Origin: an uncultured Thermotogae bacterium
Lineage (GTDB): Bacteria; Bipolaricaulota; Bipolaricaulia; M55B111
DNA length: 49,313 bases
NCBI GenBank assembly: GCA_964506635.1
Contig: CAZDMI010000002.1
Span: 1 to 49,313 of the forward strand
Reading direction: 5' to 3'
Numbering within the stretch: the stretch's first letter is position 1; the number at the start of each line of letters is the position of its first letter. The notes under the pieces were generated by a model. The model made no database searches and had not been told where the DNA came from. It saw only the letters and a list, made by a program, of their open reading frames with translations. This document shows, one piece after another, positions 1 to 9,566 of this stretch. The translations under genes and the position numbers were made by a program.

Positions 1-229
1 GAGATAAGATAGCCAAGTCCTGGCGGGGCCTTTTAGGTAGTACCGATCGCCCGTTGCTGATCCGGACGATCGGTGTTAAAGCTCCCAAAGTTACAAATAG
101 GTCTTTTGGTACGGGGGCAGGCGTTCGTAATTTCGGAACGAATAACTGCCCTCAAAGCCTGTCACACCTTTCCACGCGCGATCAATCGTGCGTGTCTCCG
201 TGGTATATCTACTGGGGCTCGGCCCTCGT

Positions 230-1264
230 TTATTCTATATAGTGCTCCAACGAACGGACCTTACATTTAGGCATCGGCAACTGATCGATCGTCACGAACC
301 CGGGTTTGGCATTGATTACGTCCGGAATCCGGTTGACGATCTGTGTGCTCGTTCCGAGAAGCGTCGGAGGATTCTCGTTTCGCATATGTATGTCCGGTGT
401 TCCCTTTATAACCCATTCGTTGTAATCCTGGTCGCCTTCCTGATACACTTTCGCCGTTTGAGTCCCCTTAAACATAATACCTTCCTGGGTCTCTACCTCG
501 AACGTAATATCCAAACCGATCAAGTCACCAGCGGGAATCGTCTCGCCTAACGCCTCGCTTTCGAGATCTTTATCCAGAGTGATCGGTTCAACGACCTTAT
601 TGAAGCTCTTAGTGGTAAGGCCGAGGGCAGAAATCTGGTTTTCGAGGTCCATGAAAAGGAAATCCACCTCGTCGCCCAGCGGAAAATCTTCTCCAGCCTC
701 GATCATCTCTCTGATTTCGTCCTCGTCGCGGCCTACCGCGTAGAAGTCAGCTACCATCTCTCCGAGTTCGTCCACGTTGACGCTCAACCGGCCTTCGACG
801 GAGTCTATCTCTTGAGATGCCCCTGTGAGTGCCGTAACGAGGTTAGCCCAGAAGAGATCCTGCATGCCCGACCCCGTTACCGTCACGCCATTCTCCTTGG
901 CAATCCTGTCCAATTTCGCCGTAATACCCGGCGCTGTGGACCAGGGATAGGAAGCCTCCTCCGAAGAGGTGATGACATTAAGCCCGGCTTCAAGGCACTT
1001 TTCTATATGGGGCCCCACATTTTCCATCTTAGTTGCAACTGAAATCAGAGCAATGTCCGCCCCGGTTTCATCCAGCACCGCTTCCTCATCGTCGCGTATT
1101 TCCACGTTCAGATCCCGTTCGATACCCAGCACATCTCCGAGATCTTCTCCGACGTTCTCGATGTCTATGGCGTCAGTAATGACCACACCTTTATCCAGCA
1201 TAAACCGAGCTACATCCTGTCCGATGGTACCTGCACCGTACACAACTGCTTTAATATTATCCAT
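230..1264 (-). CDS. NAD(P)-binding DapB-like amine/diamino-acid dehydrogenase family protein (2,4-diaminopentanoate dehydrogenase-like)
   Basis: 344-aa ORF with an N-terminal Rossmann motif (VVYGAGTIGQ). Overall resemblance, from memory, to dihydrodipicolinate-reductase-like Ord/amine dehydrogenases. SD AAGGAGGG lies 3-4 nt upstream of the ATG at 1264. Confidence 0.55.
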   Translation of the reverse strand: MDNIKAVVYGAGTIGQDVARFMLDKGVVITDAIDIENVGEDLGDVLGIERDLNVEIRDDEEAVLDETGADIALISVATKMENVGPHIEKCLEAGLNVITSSEEASYPWSTAPGITAKLDRIAKENGVTVTGSGMQDLFWANLVTALTGASQEIDSVEGRLSVNVDELGEMVADFYAVGRDEDEIREMIEAGEDFPLGDEVDFLFMDLENQISALGLTTKSFNKVVEPITLDKDLESEALGETIPAGDLIGLDITFEVETQEGIMFKGTQTAKVYQEGDQDYNEWVIKGTPDIHMRNENPPTLLGTSTQIVNRIPDVINAKPGFVTIDQLPMPKCKVRSLEHYIE

Positions 1265-1499
1265 AGTCCCTCCTTAAAAACTTATAAAGTTCAAAATGAA
1301 AAACTTGGAGTGATTCTACCTTCTAACTGCATAATTGTCAAACAAATTCTCCAATAGGCTATATTCTCCGGCAAACATAATTTCAACCGCACGCACCCGC
1401 CTACTGGGCCTTGCCAATTACTTACATTATCATATTGCCCTTTCGACCCTAATCTCTGCCCTTTCCGTTTAGCCGAGTTGTCCCCATAGCAGTAATACA

Positions 1500-1850
1500 A
1501 CCCAATACGCAAGGTTTTGCAGCCTATATCGTTTCACATACCGTTTTTGACTTCTCAGTGGTGGATTAGTCTATCGATCAATGCCAGAGCTAGGGAGTCT
1601 CTAAGGGTGACCCCATTCGTTTAAACTCTTTTTTGAAGTAATGATCGTCGACTTCTCTTCGGTACCTGCCGGCAATTAATTTGTACATAAAGGGGGCTAG
1701 CTCCTCCTTTAACGGGAGGTAGCCAAACTCATCCAGTATCATAAGCTTTTCGAGGAGTTCGTCTTTAGTGTCTTTCCTTTCCGGTCTTTTCAGTTCAACT
1801 GCTAACGACTGGGCGTTTTGTACCGTTTCGTTAGTAATCGACTTGATTGA
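1500..1850 (-). pseudogene. Degraded IS21-family IstB (ATP-binding helper) remnant
   Basis: Minus-strand translation gives ELLEKLMILDEFGYLPLKEELAPFMYKLIAGRY (frame a, 1590-1850), STIITSKKEFKRMG (shifted frame) and VTLRDSLALALIDRLIHH* (third frame, TGA at 1555-1557). A possible KRYRLQN tail follows. These match the conserved IstB core LLILDE.GY.P...LF.LI..RYE..S.IITSN..F.EW...D..LA.A.LDRL.HH. There is no Walker-A N-terminus, no intact ORF and no istA. Confidence 0.6.
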
Positions 1851-2458
1851 TTACTTGGAAGAAACCGCCTGTAAGTAGTTGAAAAAAAATATAAAAGGTT
1901 ATATTATGAGTTTACGTGATGGGGGTAACCTTTTAAGGTTTCAGGTAGCTTGGATCCTTAATTGATTCTCTAGAACTGGGTGGTAATTTTGCTTTGTACG
2001 AAAAAGCATATTTGTAGGATCATTTACGGATTCATCTAGGAACTTGGTCGGAAGGAGAAGAGTTTTTTTGTCCGGATCTATTTTTATCTGGTAGGTTCGA
2101 TAAACCAGATAGTACAACTTGATTTGTTTGATTTATTCATTTCCAGTGAGAATCAAACTCATTTAATCCGCTTTTCGTGCTCGACTACTCGTAGCTTACT
2201 ACCGTTAAGTTCCCAGTTCTTTTCTTTTTCCAGTTCTTCTCGTTCTACCTCCAGCCGTTCTTCTATTAAGTATACTCAAAAGGTCATGATTTCGTGTTTT
2301 TCAATAAATATAAAACCCCCGGGGCTTCTAGATCGCTCCTCTATTGGTAATTTCTCCATACATATCAAGATTCTCGATGGCACATTTAGTTCAAATGGTT
2401 ATCTATATGAAAGTTTATTCAAAAATAAATTGCAGCTGTAATACAGGAGGTGCATTCC

Positions 2459-4345
2459 ATGGATTGGCATGGTTATCAAGGGAAGTATTTAAGGGTTAAC
2501 TTGACGGAAGGTAGTGCCAAAGTTGAGGAACTCGAAAAGGAATTTGCAGAAACTTATCTGGGCGGTAATGGCTTTGGTGCTAAAATTCTGCATGACGAGG
2601 TAGGACCAGATGTTGAACCTCTTTCATCAGAAAACAAATTGATCTTTTCTAGCGGGCCTTTAGTTGGAACTCAGTTTCCAAGTTCGGCTAGAGGCGAGGT
2701 CGTTTCGAAGTCACCATTGACCGGCATTTACGGGGATTCCAACGTGGGCGGCATGTTCCCGGCATTTTTGAAGATGTCCGGTTTTGACATGGTCATAGTA
2801 GAGGGAAAAGCTTCTCGTCCTGTTTATCTCCACTTAGAGGATGGTGAAGCTGAGTTAAACCCTGCAAAGGATCTCTGGGGGTTGGATGCCCTTGAAACGG
2901 AAAAGGAATTACAGGATACCCACGGCAAAGCTACGAAAGTAGCAAGTATAGGTCAGGCCGGTGAAAACCTGGTCCGGTTTGCCTGCATCATGGCAAGCCC
3001 AAGCAGGAGTTTCGGACGTACCGGTATGGGTGCCGTTATGGGCTTTAAAAACCTGAAGGCTATCTCGGCTTATGGTACAAACAGGCCATCACTGGCAAAT
3101 CCCGATAAGTTCAAAGAGGTCGCTGCTGAGATGAGGGAAAGAGTTACCAATAACGAGGTATTTCCTACCCTTGAGACCTACGGAACCCCAAGTCTCGTCC
3201 CCTTAATGAACGAAATCGGTCGTTTTCCCACAAAAAATTTCCAGTACGGAAGTTTTGACGAAGCCGAGAAGATAGGACCTGAGAGGCTGCATGAAGATTA
3301 CTGGGTTGAGGACATGGGCTGTTTTGGCTGCCCTGTACAGTGCGATAACCTGTACCGGGTAGAGGAAGGTGAATTCGCAGGAACGGAAATCAGCAGTGTA
3401 GAGTACGAAACATTGAGCGCACTTGGTTCTGGCGTGATGAATTCGAACCTGGCATCTATATTAAAGGGTAACGAACTATGCGATCGTCTCGGGATGGATA
3501 CTATATCAACCGGAAGGACCATATCCATGGCAATGGAGCTCTACGAAGAAGGCATTCTGGACAAAGAGGATGCAGATAATACGGATCTGGAATGGGGAGA
3601 CTATAACACTGTACTGGAATTAATTAAAAAGATCGCTCGGCGAGATGGTTTCGGTGACACCCTGGCCGACGGCGTAAAACGGATGGCAGATTCAATAGGC
3701 AAAGACGCCGAAGAGTACGCGATGCACGTAAAAGGCCAGGAGATCGCGGCGCAGGATGGTAGAGCCCAGCAATCCATGGGGCTGGCTCACGTCACATCAA
3801 CCAGGGGAGCAGATCACCTAAAAGGCTTTCCGGTAATCGACGAAACCGGTAATCCAGAAGAGGCGGAGAGGCGATACGGCGAGGACTACCTTCCCGAGAT
3901 GGCTAACCCTCAAGCGACAAAGCATAAACCTCTTTTAGTAAAAGACGGGGAGGACTTTGGAGTGGTAGTTGATTCCAGTGGCCTCTGTAAATCGGCCGGA
4001 AGTTTTGTATTAGCGGAAATTTACTGGGACGCCGTTTCCGATGGAATTACTTATGCTACCGGGTTAAATTTCTCCAAAGCTAAACTCAAGGATATCGGCG
4101 AGAGAATCTATAATTTGATGAGGATCTATAATTCCAAGCATGGCATAGACTCAGAAGACGATATTTTGCCAGAAAGATTTTTAGAAGAAGAATCCCCTTC
4201 CGGCAGAGCAGAAGGAAACGTATGCAGGTTAGACGAGATGATCGACGAATACTACGAACTGCGCGGGTGGGATAAAGAAACTGGTCTCCCCACCGATGAA
4301 ACCCTTGAGCGGCTGGGGCTAGAAGAACTGAGGCCGGAGGTATAA
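2459..4345 (+). CDS. Tungsten-type aldehyde:ferredoxin oxidoreductase family protein (AOR paralogue 1)
   Basis: N-terminus MDWHGYQGKYLRVNLT. Cluster ligands CFGCPVQC plus a later Cys (GLCKSAG). EYE and GADHLK motifs. The ATG at 2459 lies 8 nt after AGGAGG (2445-2450). The GTG at 2450 in the ORF track overlaps the SD and is rejected as the start. Confidence 0.9.
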   Translation: MDWHGYQGKYLRVNLTEGSAKVEELEKEFAETYLGGNGFGAKILHDEVGPDVEPLSSENKLIFSSGPLVGTQFPSSARGEVVSKSPLTGIYGDSNVGGMFPAFLKMSGFDMVIVEGKASRPVYLHLEDGEAELNPAKDLWGLDALETEKELQDTHGKATKVASIGQAGENLVRFACIMASPSRSFGRTGMGAVMGFKNLKAISAYGTNRPSLANPDKFKEVAAEMRERVTNNEVFPTLETYGTPSLVPLMNEIGRFPTKNFQYGSFDEAEKIGPERLHEDYWVEDMGCFGCPVQCDNLYRVEEGEFAGTEISSVEYETLSALGSGVMNSNLASILKGNELCDRLGMDTISTGRTISMAMELYEEGILDKEDADNTDLEWGDYNTVLELIKKIARRDGFGDTLADGVKRMADSIGKDAEEYAMHVKGQEIAAQDGRAQQSMGLAHVTSTRGADHLKGFPVIDETGNPEEAERRYGEDYLPEMANPQATKHKPLLVKDGEDFGVVVDSSGLCKSAGSFVLAEIYWDAVSDGITYATGLNFSKAKLKDIGERIYNLMRIYNSKHGIDSEDDILPERFLEEESPSGRAEGNVCRLDEMIDEYYELRGWDKETGLPTDETLERLGLEELRPEV

Positions 4346-4654
4346 GGAGCCCATAATTTTGGAGAGAATCTTCTGTGCGTGTATCCAAAATCAAAAGTTG
4401 AAGTTTATAGTTTGGCTATGAACTTCAATTAGGTGGCAGTTAAATATTAAAAGGTTGAGGTTTACCGATAAGCTTGTTAAACTGTCTAACAAGTTTATAG
4501 GTAGTTTCATTGTTATATAGCTTCCAACTTTTAATGTTCAGATGCAGTATACACTTCTGGGTCCCCATTGAAAAACCAGAAAAGCACTTATTTGACCGGA
4601 ACAAGGGGAGATATAAAGTGCAAATATCTTTGAAACACATTACGGAGGTGAACT

Positions 4655-6154
4655 TTGAATTTAAACCCTAAACCGAACGGTATTCTGACCGTAGATGTAG
4701 GTACTTCTTCTTTGAAAACCGCCCTTTACAACCAGGACGGCACCGTACAAAGAAAAGAGATAAGTCGTTACTCCTATAATTCTCCTCAATCCGGCTGGGC
4801 TGAAGGAGACCCTAATGAATGGTGGGAGGCCTTTAAAAAAAATCTTTCCAAATTGAAAAAAGGGGCTCAAGGGATAAGGGATATCGGGGCTATTTCTTTT
4901 ACCGGTCAGATGCATACCGGAATACTTTTAGATAAAAATAAGGAACCAATTAAACCGACCATATTATGGCTAGATCAGCGGGCGGACCAGGAAGCGGAAG
5001 AACTAAGGAACGAACTGAACCTTCCCCCTTATAAGATTAGCAGTGCTTATACGATACCCAAGCTGCTCTGGTTGAAGAAAAACCACCCAGAAAAACTAGA
5101 AAAGACGGAAAAAATATTATGGCCCAAGGACTATCTACGATTCAAACTAACCGGAGAAGTACTGACAGACGTCACGGAAGCTGGCGGTTCGGGTATGCTC
5201 AATTGGCAAAGCAAAGAATGGGAAGAGGAAAGGGTAAAAAAGGTGGGCTTGAGAATGGATCAGCTTCCCCCGTTAAAAAATCCGGAGGAGAAGGCAGGGG
5301 AGATCAAAGAAGAATTTTTAGCAGAATTCGGTTTGAGCGACGATATAGAAGTCTTCACCGGGATCGGCGACGTTGCGGCATTAATGGGCGGTGCGCCTCC
5401 CGATGAAGGAAGAGTCACCTGTACTCTCGGCAGCTCCTCGATGATATTTATGTCACTGGGGGAAGAGGATGAAGTAATAAAAGACTCCGACGACCGCTTA
5501 TACACTTACCCATTATTCCCGTACTTTAATTTTTTTGGGGGAGTTTCATCCACCACCGGGGCTGCCCTCGAATGGGTACAAAATAAAATTACGGGGATAG
5601 AAGAGAGGGATAAGGAGTTCGAAGAAACCATTGAGGAGGCACTGGACGTCGAACCGGGATCAGATGGGCTAACTTTTATTCCGTACCTGAGCGGGGAACG
5701 GAGCCCGTTCTGGAGCGATGATATAAAAGGAGGGTTTTACGGCTTCAGGCTAAGTCACGACTATCGTCATGCCATAAGGGCCGTTATGGAAGGCATAGGT
5801 TTCAGCCTGCGCCATCTTTTGGAAATTTACAATGAACACGGACTACAGCCCGAAAAGCTATCTCTTGCAGGTGGAGGGGCTGACACGAAGGGCTGGCCTC
5901 AAATTATCGCGGACGTAACTCAGATGGAAGTGTCTATTTTCGCCGGACGCGGAAGTGAGGCAGTTACACGTGTACTATTTGCACTCTCGAGTTCGGAAAT
6001 GAACGAAGAAAGTTTCAAGCGAAACTTGGACAAAACATATGCGGACCCGGAGATCGTTCAACCAAGGAACGAGTTAGAGGGCGTATATTCGGAAGGGTAT
6101 CAAACCTATAAAGAATTAAGTAATTTTGCCTTAAAACAATCCGAGAAGCTTTAA
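4655..6154 (+). CDS. FGGY-family carbohydrate kinase (xylulokinase/LsrK-like)
   Basis: N-terminal phosphate-1 motif LTVDVGTSSLKTALY and C-terminal LAGGGADTKGWPQIIADV. 499 aa. TTG start 4 nt after GGAGGTG. Confidence 0.85.
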   Translation: MNLNPKPNGILTVDVGTSSLKTALYNQDGTVQRKEISRYSYNSPQSGWAEGDPNEWWEAFKKNLSKLKKGAQGIRDIGAISFTGQMHTGILLDKNKEPIKPTILWLDQRADQEAEELRNELNLPPYKISSAYTIPKLLWLKKNHPEKLEKTEKILWPKDYLRFKLTGEVLTDVTEAGGSGMLNWQSKEWEEERVKKVGLRMDQLPPLKNPEEKAGEIKEEFLAEFGLSDDIEVFTGIGDVAALMGGAPPDEGRVTCTLGSSSMIFMSLGEEDEVIKDSDDRLYTYPLFPYFNFFGGVSSTTGAALEWVQNKITGIEERDKEFEETIEEALDVEPGSDGLTFIPYLSGERSPFWSDDIKGGFYGFRLSHDYRHAIRAVMEGIGFSLRHLLEIYNEHGLQPEKLSLAGGGADTKGWPQIIADVTQMEVSIFAGRGSEAVTRVLFALSSSEMNEESFKRNLDKTYADPEIVQPRNELEGVYSEGYQTYKELSNFALKQSEKL

Positions 6155-6307
6155 TTGTTTCGAAATACATTTGCTGTAGTAGATAGTTAATAGTTTGTTT
6201 TGAGAAAGTGATGACTATATCAATTACGAAAAGAGAAAATCAAGGTTCAAAGGAGAGCCAGTAATTATAGCTTTAACATTAAAAAAACAAAGGAGAGGTA
6301 ACCTAAC

Positions 6308-7051
6308 ATGAATGACAATCGCCGTTTAAAAAGGTTGTTTTCTGGTCCAAACGATACCTGTTTACTTGTACCCATGGATCACGGTCCCTGGCTTGGACCA
6401 ATCGAAGGCATCAAGGAGCCAAGGGAGATTACTGAAAAGGTAATTTCCGGAGGTGCATCCGGCCTACTGGTAACCCCCGGTTTCGCTGAGACAATTAAGC
6501 CCGTTTTAACTCCAGATGTGGGTCTGGCACTGAGGACAAGCATTACTCTGGGTGCCAGTGAAGAAGCTCAACAGGAAACTCCGGTGGCATCAGTTGAGAC
6601 TGCCCTGAAGCTGGATGCAGATGCCGTTGCTGTGTCGATATTTTTCGGCCGAGGAGCGGAAACCGGTGTTATGGAGTACCTGGGGGAACTTACCGAACAA
6701 GCACATCGTTACGACATCCCAGTACTGGCGGAGATGATGCCCACTGGTGACGAACAGTACGATGCAGAATCCATAGAGCACGTCGCCAGAATTGGCATGG
6801 AGTTCGGGGGGGACATCGTTAAGACGAACTACTGTGGTGACCCAGCTGACTTTTCCGAAATCACGACGTCAGTTCAAAGGCCGGTAATAGTTGCCGGAGG
6901 GCCCAAATCCGAAAGCGGCTCTTCGCTTGAAAATTTGGTAAATGGTGCCGTCGAAGGTGGAGCTGCAGGGGTCGCAATTGGAAGGCGAGTCTGGCAATCG
7001 GATGATCCGGAAGCCACCGTACGGCAAATAAGTAACTTATTATCCTCCTAA
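6308..7051 (+). CDS. Class I aldolase of the DhnA/FbaB/LsrF family
   Basis: 247 aa. VPMDHGP near the N-terminus and a DIVKTNY segment carrying the expected Schiff-base Lys. Length is typical of DhnA-type TIM-barrel aldolases/thiolases. SD AGGAGAGG. Confidence 0.75.
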   Translation: MNDNRRLKRLFSGPNDTCLLVPMDHGPWLGPIEGIKEPREITEKVISGGASGLLVTPGFAETIKPVLTPDVGLALRTSITLGASEEAQQETPVASVETALKLDADAVAVSIFFGRGAETGVMEYLGELTEQAHRYDIPVLAEMMPTGDEQYDAESIEHVARIGMEFGGDIVKTNYCGDPADFSEITTSVQRPVIVAGGPKSESGSSLENLVNGAVEGGAAGVAIGRRVWQSDDPEATVRQISNLLSS

Positions 7052-7061
7052 TAAATCAATT

Positions 7062-8468
7062 ATGAGCCAAAAAGTCGATCTCTTGATCCGGGATGGGGCC
7101 ATACTGCCACTGGATGACGAAGAGGCGTCGGACTGGTCCGATACCCTTATTACGGACGGAATACTGGCCGTCAACCAGGGTGAAATAGTCGATATAGGAC
7201 CATCAAACGAGGTTGGTGACCGGTACGAAGGTAGAGAGACTATAGACGCTTCAGGCAAGCTCTTAATGCCGGGCCTCATAGATACCCATCATCACTTCCT
7301 CCAGAACTTTCTCAAGGGATCGCGCGATGACCTTCAGCTAAGTGAATGGATCGAGGAAGTATCTTCGCCCGTCATAAATATGGCTGTACAGGATTATCTG
7401 AAAGGAGAAACGGAAATCCAGACCCAGGCAACCAGGCTCGGCTGCCTGGAAGCCCTTAAATCGGGTATTACCACCATTCTAAATATGGAGTGGGCTACTG
7501 ATCCGGAGCTTGTATCGGAGTACGAGAGGTTCGGAATAAGGGTAGACCATACACTTACGTTCACGGATTTGGATGAGTGGGACAACCCGGAGATGTTGCT
7601 TCCTTTAGAACAGGGCTTTGAACTGGCCGAGGGTTGGATGAACCGATGCGACAAACTGGAACACGACAGAATAAACTTTAGATACGGTTTAGCTGATCCC
7701 ATATCCTGCAGCGAAAACCTTATAGGGGAAATCAGGGACAGGGCGGAAGAAGAGGAAGTTGGGATCCACACCCACGTAGCTGAAACTGAATACGAAGCAA
7801 CCGAAATCAAAAAAAGGCATGGCCTCACGCCGGTTGAATATCTACAGGAGCTTGATTTGCTGGGATCAAACGTCCTTGGAGCCCACGTCGTGTGGGTAGA
7901 AGACAAAGACATCCAGATACTCGCCGATTCAGAAACGAGTGTGGCCCACAACCCAGAATGTAATATGAAGCTCGCCGACGGCGTTGCACCGGTAAAGGAT
8001 ATGCTGGATGCTGGTATTCCTGTCTCAATTGGGACGGATACGACAGCAGCAAATGATAACATGGATATATTTGAAGCAATGCGAATTGCCGGGATGCTGC
8101 AAAAGGTCACTCAAAACGACCCATCCGTTTTACCAGCATACGAGGCTCTAAAGATGGGAACCCTTGGAGGGGCGCAAGCTCTTGGAAGAGATCAGTCAAT
8201 AGGGTCACTTGCCCGGGGTAAGAGAGCCGACGTAATTTTAGTAGAACTCGGTGGCATCCATATGCAGCCAATCAATAACCTGATTAACAACCTGGTTTAT
8301 TCTGCAAGCGCCGTTAACGATGTGGAAACAGTCATCGTTGACGGGGAAATCATAGTGAGAGAAAACGAGTTCGTAAGTATCGACGAAGAAAAAGTTCTGA
8401 AACAGAGCAAAGATTTTGCTCGTAACAGGTTTTCGGAGGAAGGAATTGAACTTCCACGCTATTACTAA
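7062..8468 (+). CDS. Amidohydrolase-superfamily aminohydrolase/deaminase (COG0402-like: MtaD/guanine deaminase/chlorohydrolase type)
   Basis: Metal ligands PGLIDTHHH (HxH), HTHVAETEYE (HxxE), GAHVVW and GTDT (Asp). 468 aa. Confidence 0.8.
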   Translation: MSQKVDLLIRDGAILPLDDEEASDWSDTLITDGILAVNQGEIVDIGPSNEVGDRYEGRETIDASGKLLMPGLIDTHHHFLQNFLKGSRDDLQLSEWIEEVSSPVINMAVQDYLKGETEIQTQATRLGCLEALKSGITTILNMEWATDPELVSEYERFGIRVDHTLTFTDLDEWDNPEMLLPLEQGFELAEGWMNRCDKLEHDRINFRYGLADPISCSENLIGEIRDRAEEEEVGIHTHVAETEYEATEIKKRHGLTPVEYLQELDLLGSNVLGAHVVWVEDKDIQILADSETSVAHNPECNMKLADGVAPVKDMLDAGIPVSIGTDTTAANDNMDIFEAMRIAGMLQKVTQNDPSVLPAYEALKMGTLGGAQALGRDQSIGSLARGKRADVILVELGGIHMQPINNLINNLVYSASAVNDVETVIVDGEIIVRENEFVSIDEEKVLKQSKDFARNRFSEEGIELPRYY

Positions 8469-8491
8469 AAAATTCGGAGGTATAAAAACTT

Positions 8492-9544
8492 ATGAAAGCT
8501 GCTCCGCTAAAAGAACCATATGAGTTTACTATTCAGGAAAAAGAGATCCCGGAACCGGGTCCAGAAGAAGTTTTGATTGAGGTTTCCACCTGTGGGATAT
8601 GTGGCACCGACCTTGAAGCTTACATGGGCAACGAACCTTCAAGCTGGAACATCGAGTATCCTTTCCAGATGGGCCACGAACTTTCAGGTACCGTAAAAGA
8701 AGTCGGAACCAACGTACCTGATCTGGCCGAGCTAGAAGAAGGGGATGCCGTAGTACCGGATGGTCGGGTTGTATGCAATGTATGTCATTACTGCCGCGAA
8801 GGGCAATATAATCTCTGCGAGAACCAGTCCTACATCGCGGCAGGGTTCTCACAATACGCGGTTTACCCGTATGAAAACCTGATTTCCGTCCCGGAAAGTG
8901 TTTCACTGGACGAGGCCGCTTTTACCGAACCCCTTTCCTGCTGCATCAACGGAAACGAAAAGCTCAATGACGTACCCCTGGGAGGAATAGGTGTCGTTAT
9001 TGGAGCCGGCCCAATTGGCCTTCTACATATGCAGTTGTTGCAAAATAGAGGCCTTGGAACAGTTATCGTCGACCTAAACTCCAGGAGACTCCAGGCGGCG
9101 AAAGAGCTGGGGGCTGATTATACGGTGGAGGTCGAGAGTCAGGGCGAGGTAAATCAGGATGTAGTAGACCTCGTGAACGATGTCTCCCACGGTAGAGGTG
9201 CGGACGTAGTGGTCAGTGCGGCAGGACATGATCCTTCAGTCCTTCAGGAAGCAATTGATATATCTTCCAAAAGGGGACAGATCGTTTATTTTGCCGCAAC
9301 GATGAGTGATCCCGTAACTCTTAACCTGGATCCAATTCACTATGAAGAATTAACTATTGTGGGAAGTCACGATTCTACCTTTGGTAAATACGAAACTGCT
9401 CTAGAAGTTATTGAGAGGGGTGTCGTAGACGTAGAGCCAATTATATCTCATCGCTTTCCTCTCGAAGAAATCGACGAAGCATTTGAAGTAGCCAAGAAGA
9501 AAGAAGACCTGAAAGTCATGGTCGATAATCCAGAAGCACAATAA
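8492..9544 (+). CDS. Zn-dependent medium-chain alcohol/polyol dehydrogenase
   Basis: CGICGTDLE and GHELSGTV catalytic-Zn motifs. Structural-Zn cysteines CNVCHYCREGQYNLC. Rossmann motif GAGPIGLL. SD GGAGGT. Confidence 0.85.
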   Translation: MKAAPLKEPYEFTIQEKEIPEPGPEEVLIEVSTCGICGTDLEAYMGNEPSSWNIEYPFQMGHELSGTVKEVGTNVPDLAELEEGDAVVPDGRVVCNVCHYCREGQYNLCENQSYIAAGFSQYAVYPYENLISVPESVSLDEAAFTEPLSCCINGNEKLNDVPLGGIGVVIGAGPIGLLHMQLLQNRGLGTVIVDLNSRRLQAAKELGADYTVEVESQGEVNQDVVDLVNDVSHGRGADVVVSAAGHDPSVLQEAIDISSKRGQIVYFAATMSDPVTLNLDPIHYEELTIVGSHDSTFGKYETALEVIERGVVDVEPIISHRFPLEEIDEAFEVAKKKEDLKVMVDNPEAQ

Positions 9545-9566
9545 ACAAATTCAGGAGTGATGTGAA

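Noticed and set aside
54-550. Three + strand ORFs at the left edge (54-242, 73-270, 188-550)
   Set aside because: They overlap each other, are partly antisense to the well-supported dehydrogenase gene (230-1264), and have an implausible composition. I could not support any gene in 1-229 on either strand.
2160-2275. Minus-strand coiled-coil-like fragment (IEERLEVEREELEKEKNWELNGSKLRVVEHEKRIK*), possibly another transposase remnant
   Set aside because: No start codon, only about 37 codons, and no motif I can tie to IstA or any transposase family.
2124-2441. 105-aa + strand ORF upstream of AOR paralogue 1
   Set aside because: Low-complexity Ser/Phe-rich sequence (SSSRSTSSRSS) with no RBS. It lies in the decayed IS-remnant gap and is most likely non-coding.
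7394-8110. 238-aa minus-strand ORF (and the 84-aa ORF at 7825-8079)
   Set aside because: Antisense to the amidohydrolase gene, which has intact metal-ligand motifs. Ser-rich low-complexity product.
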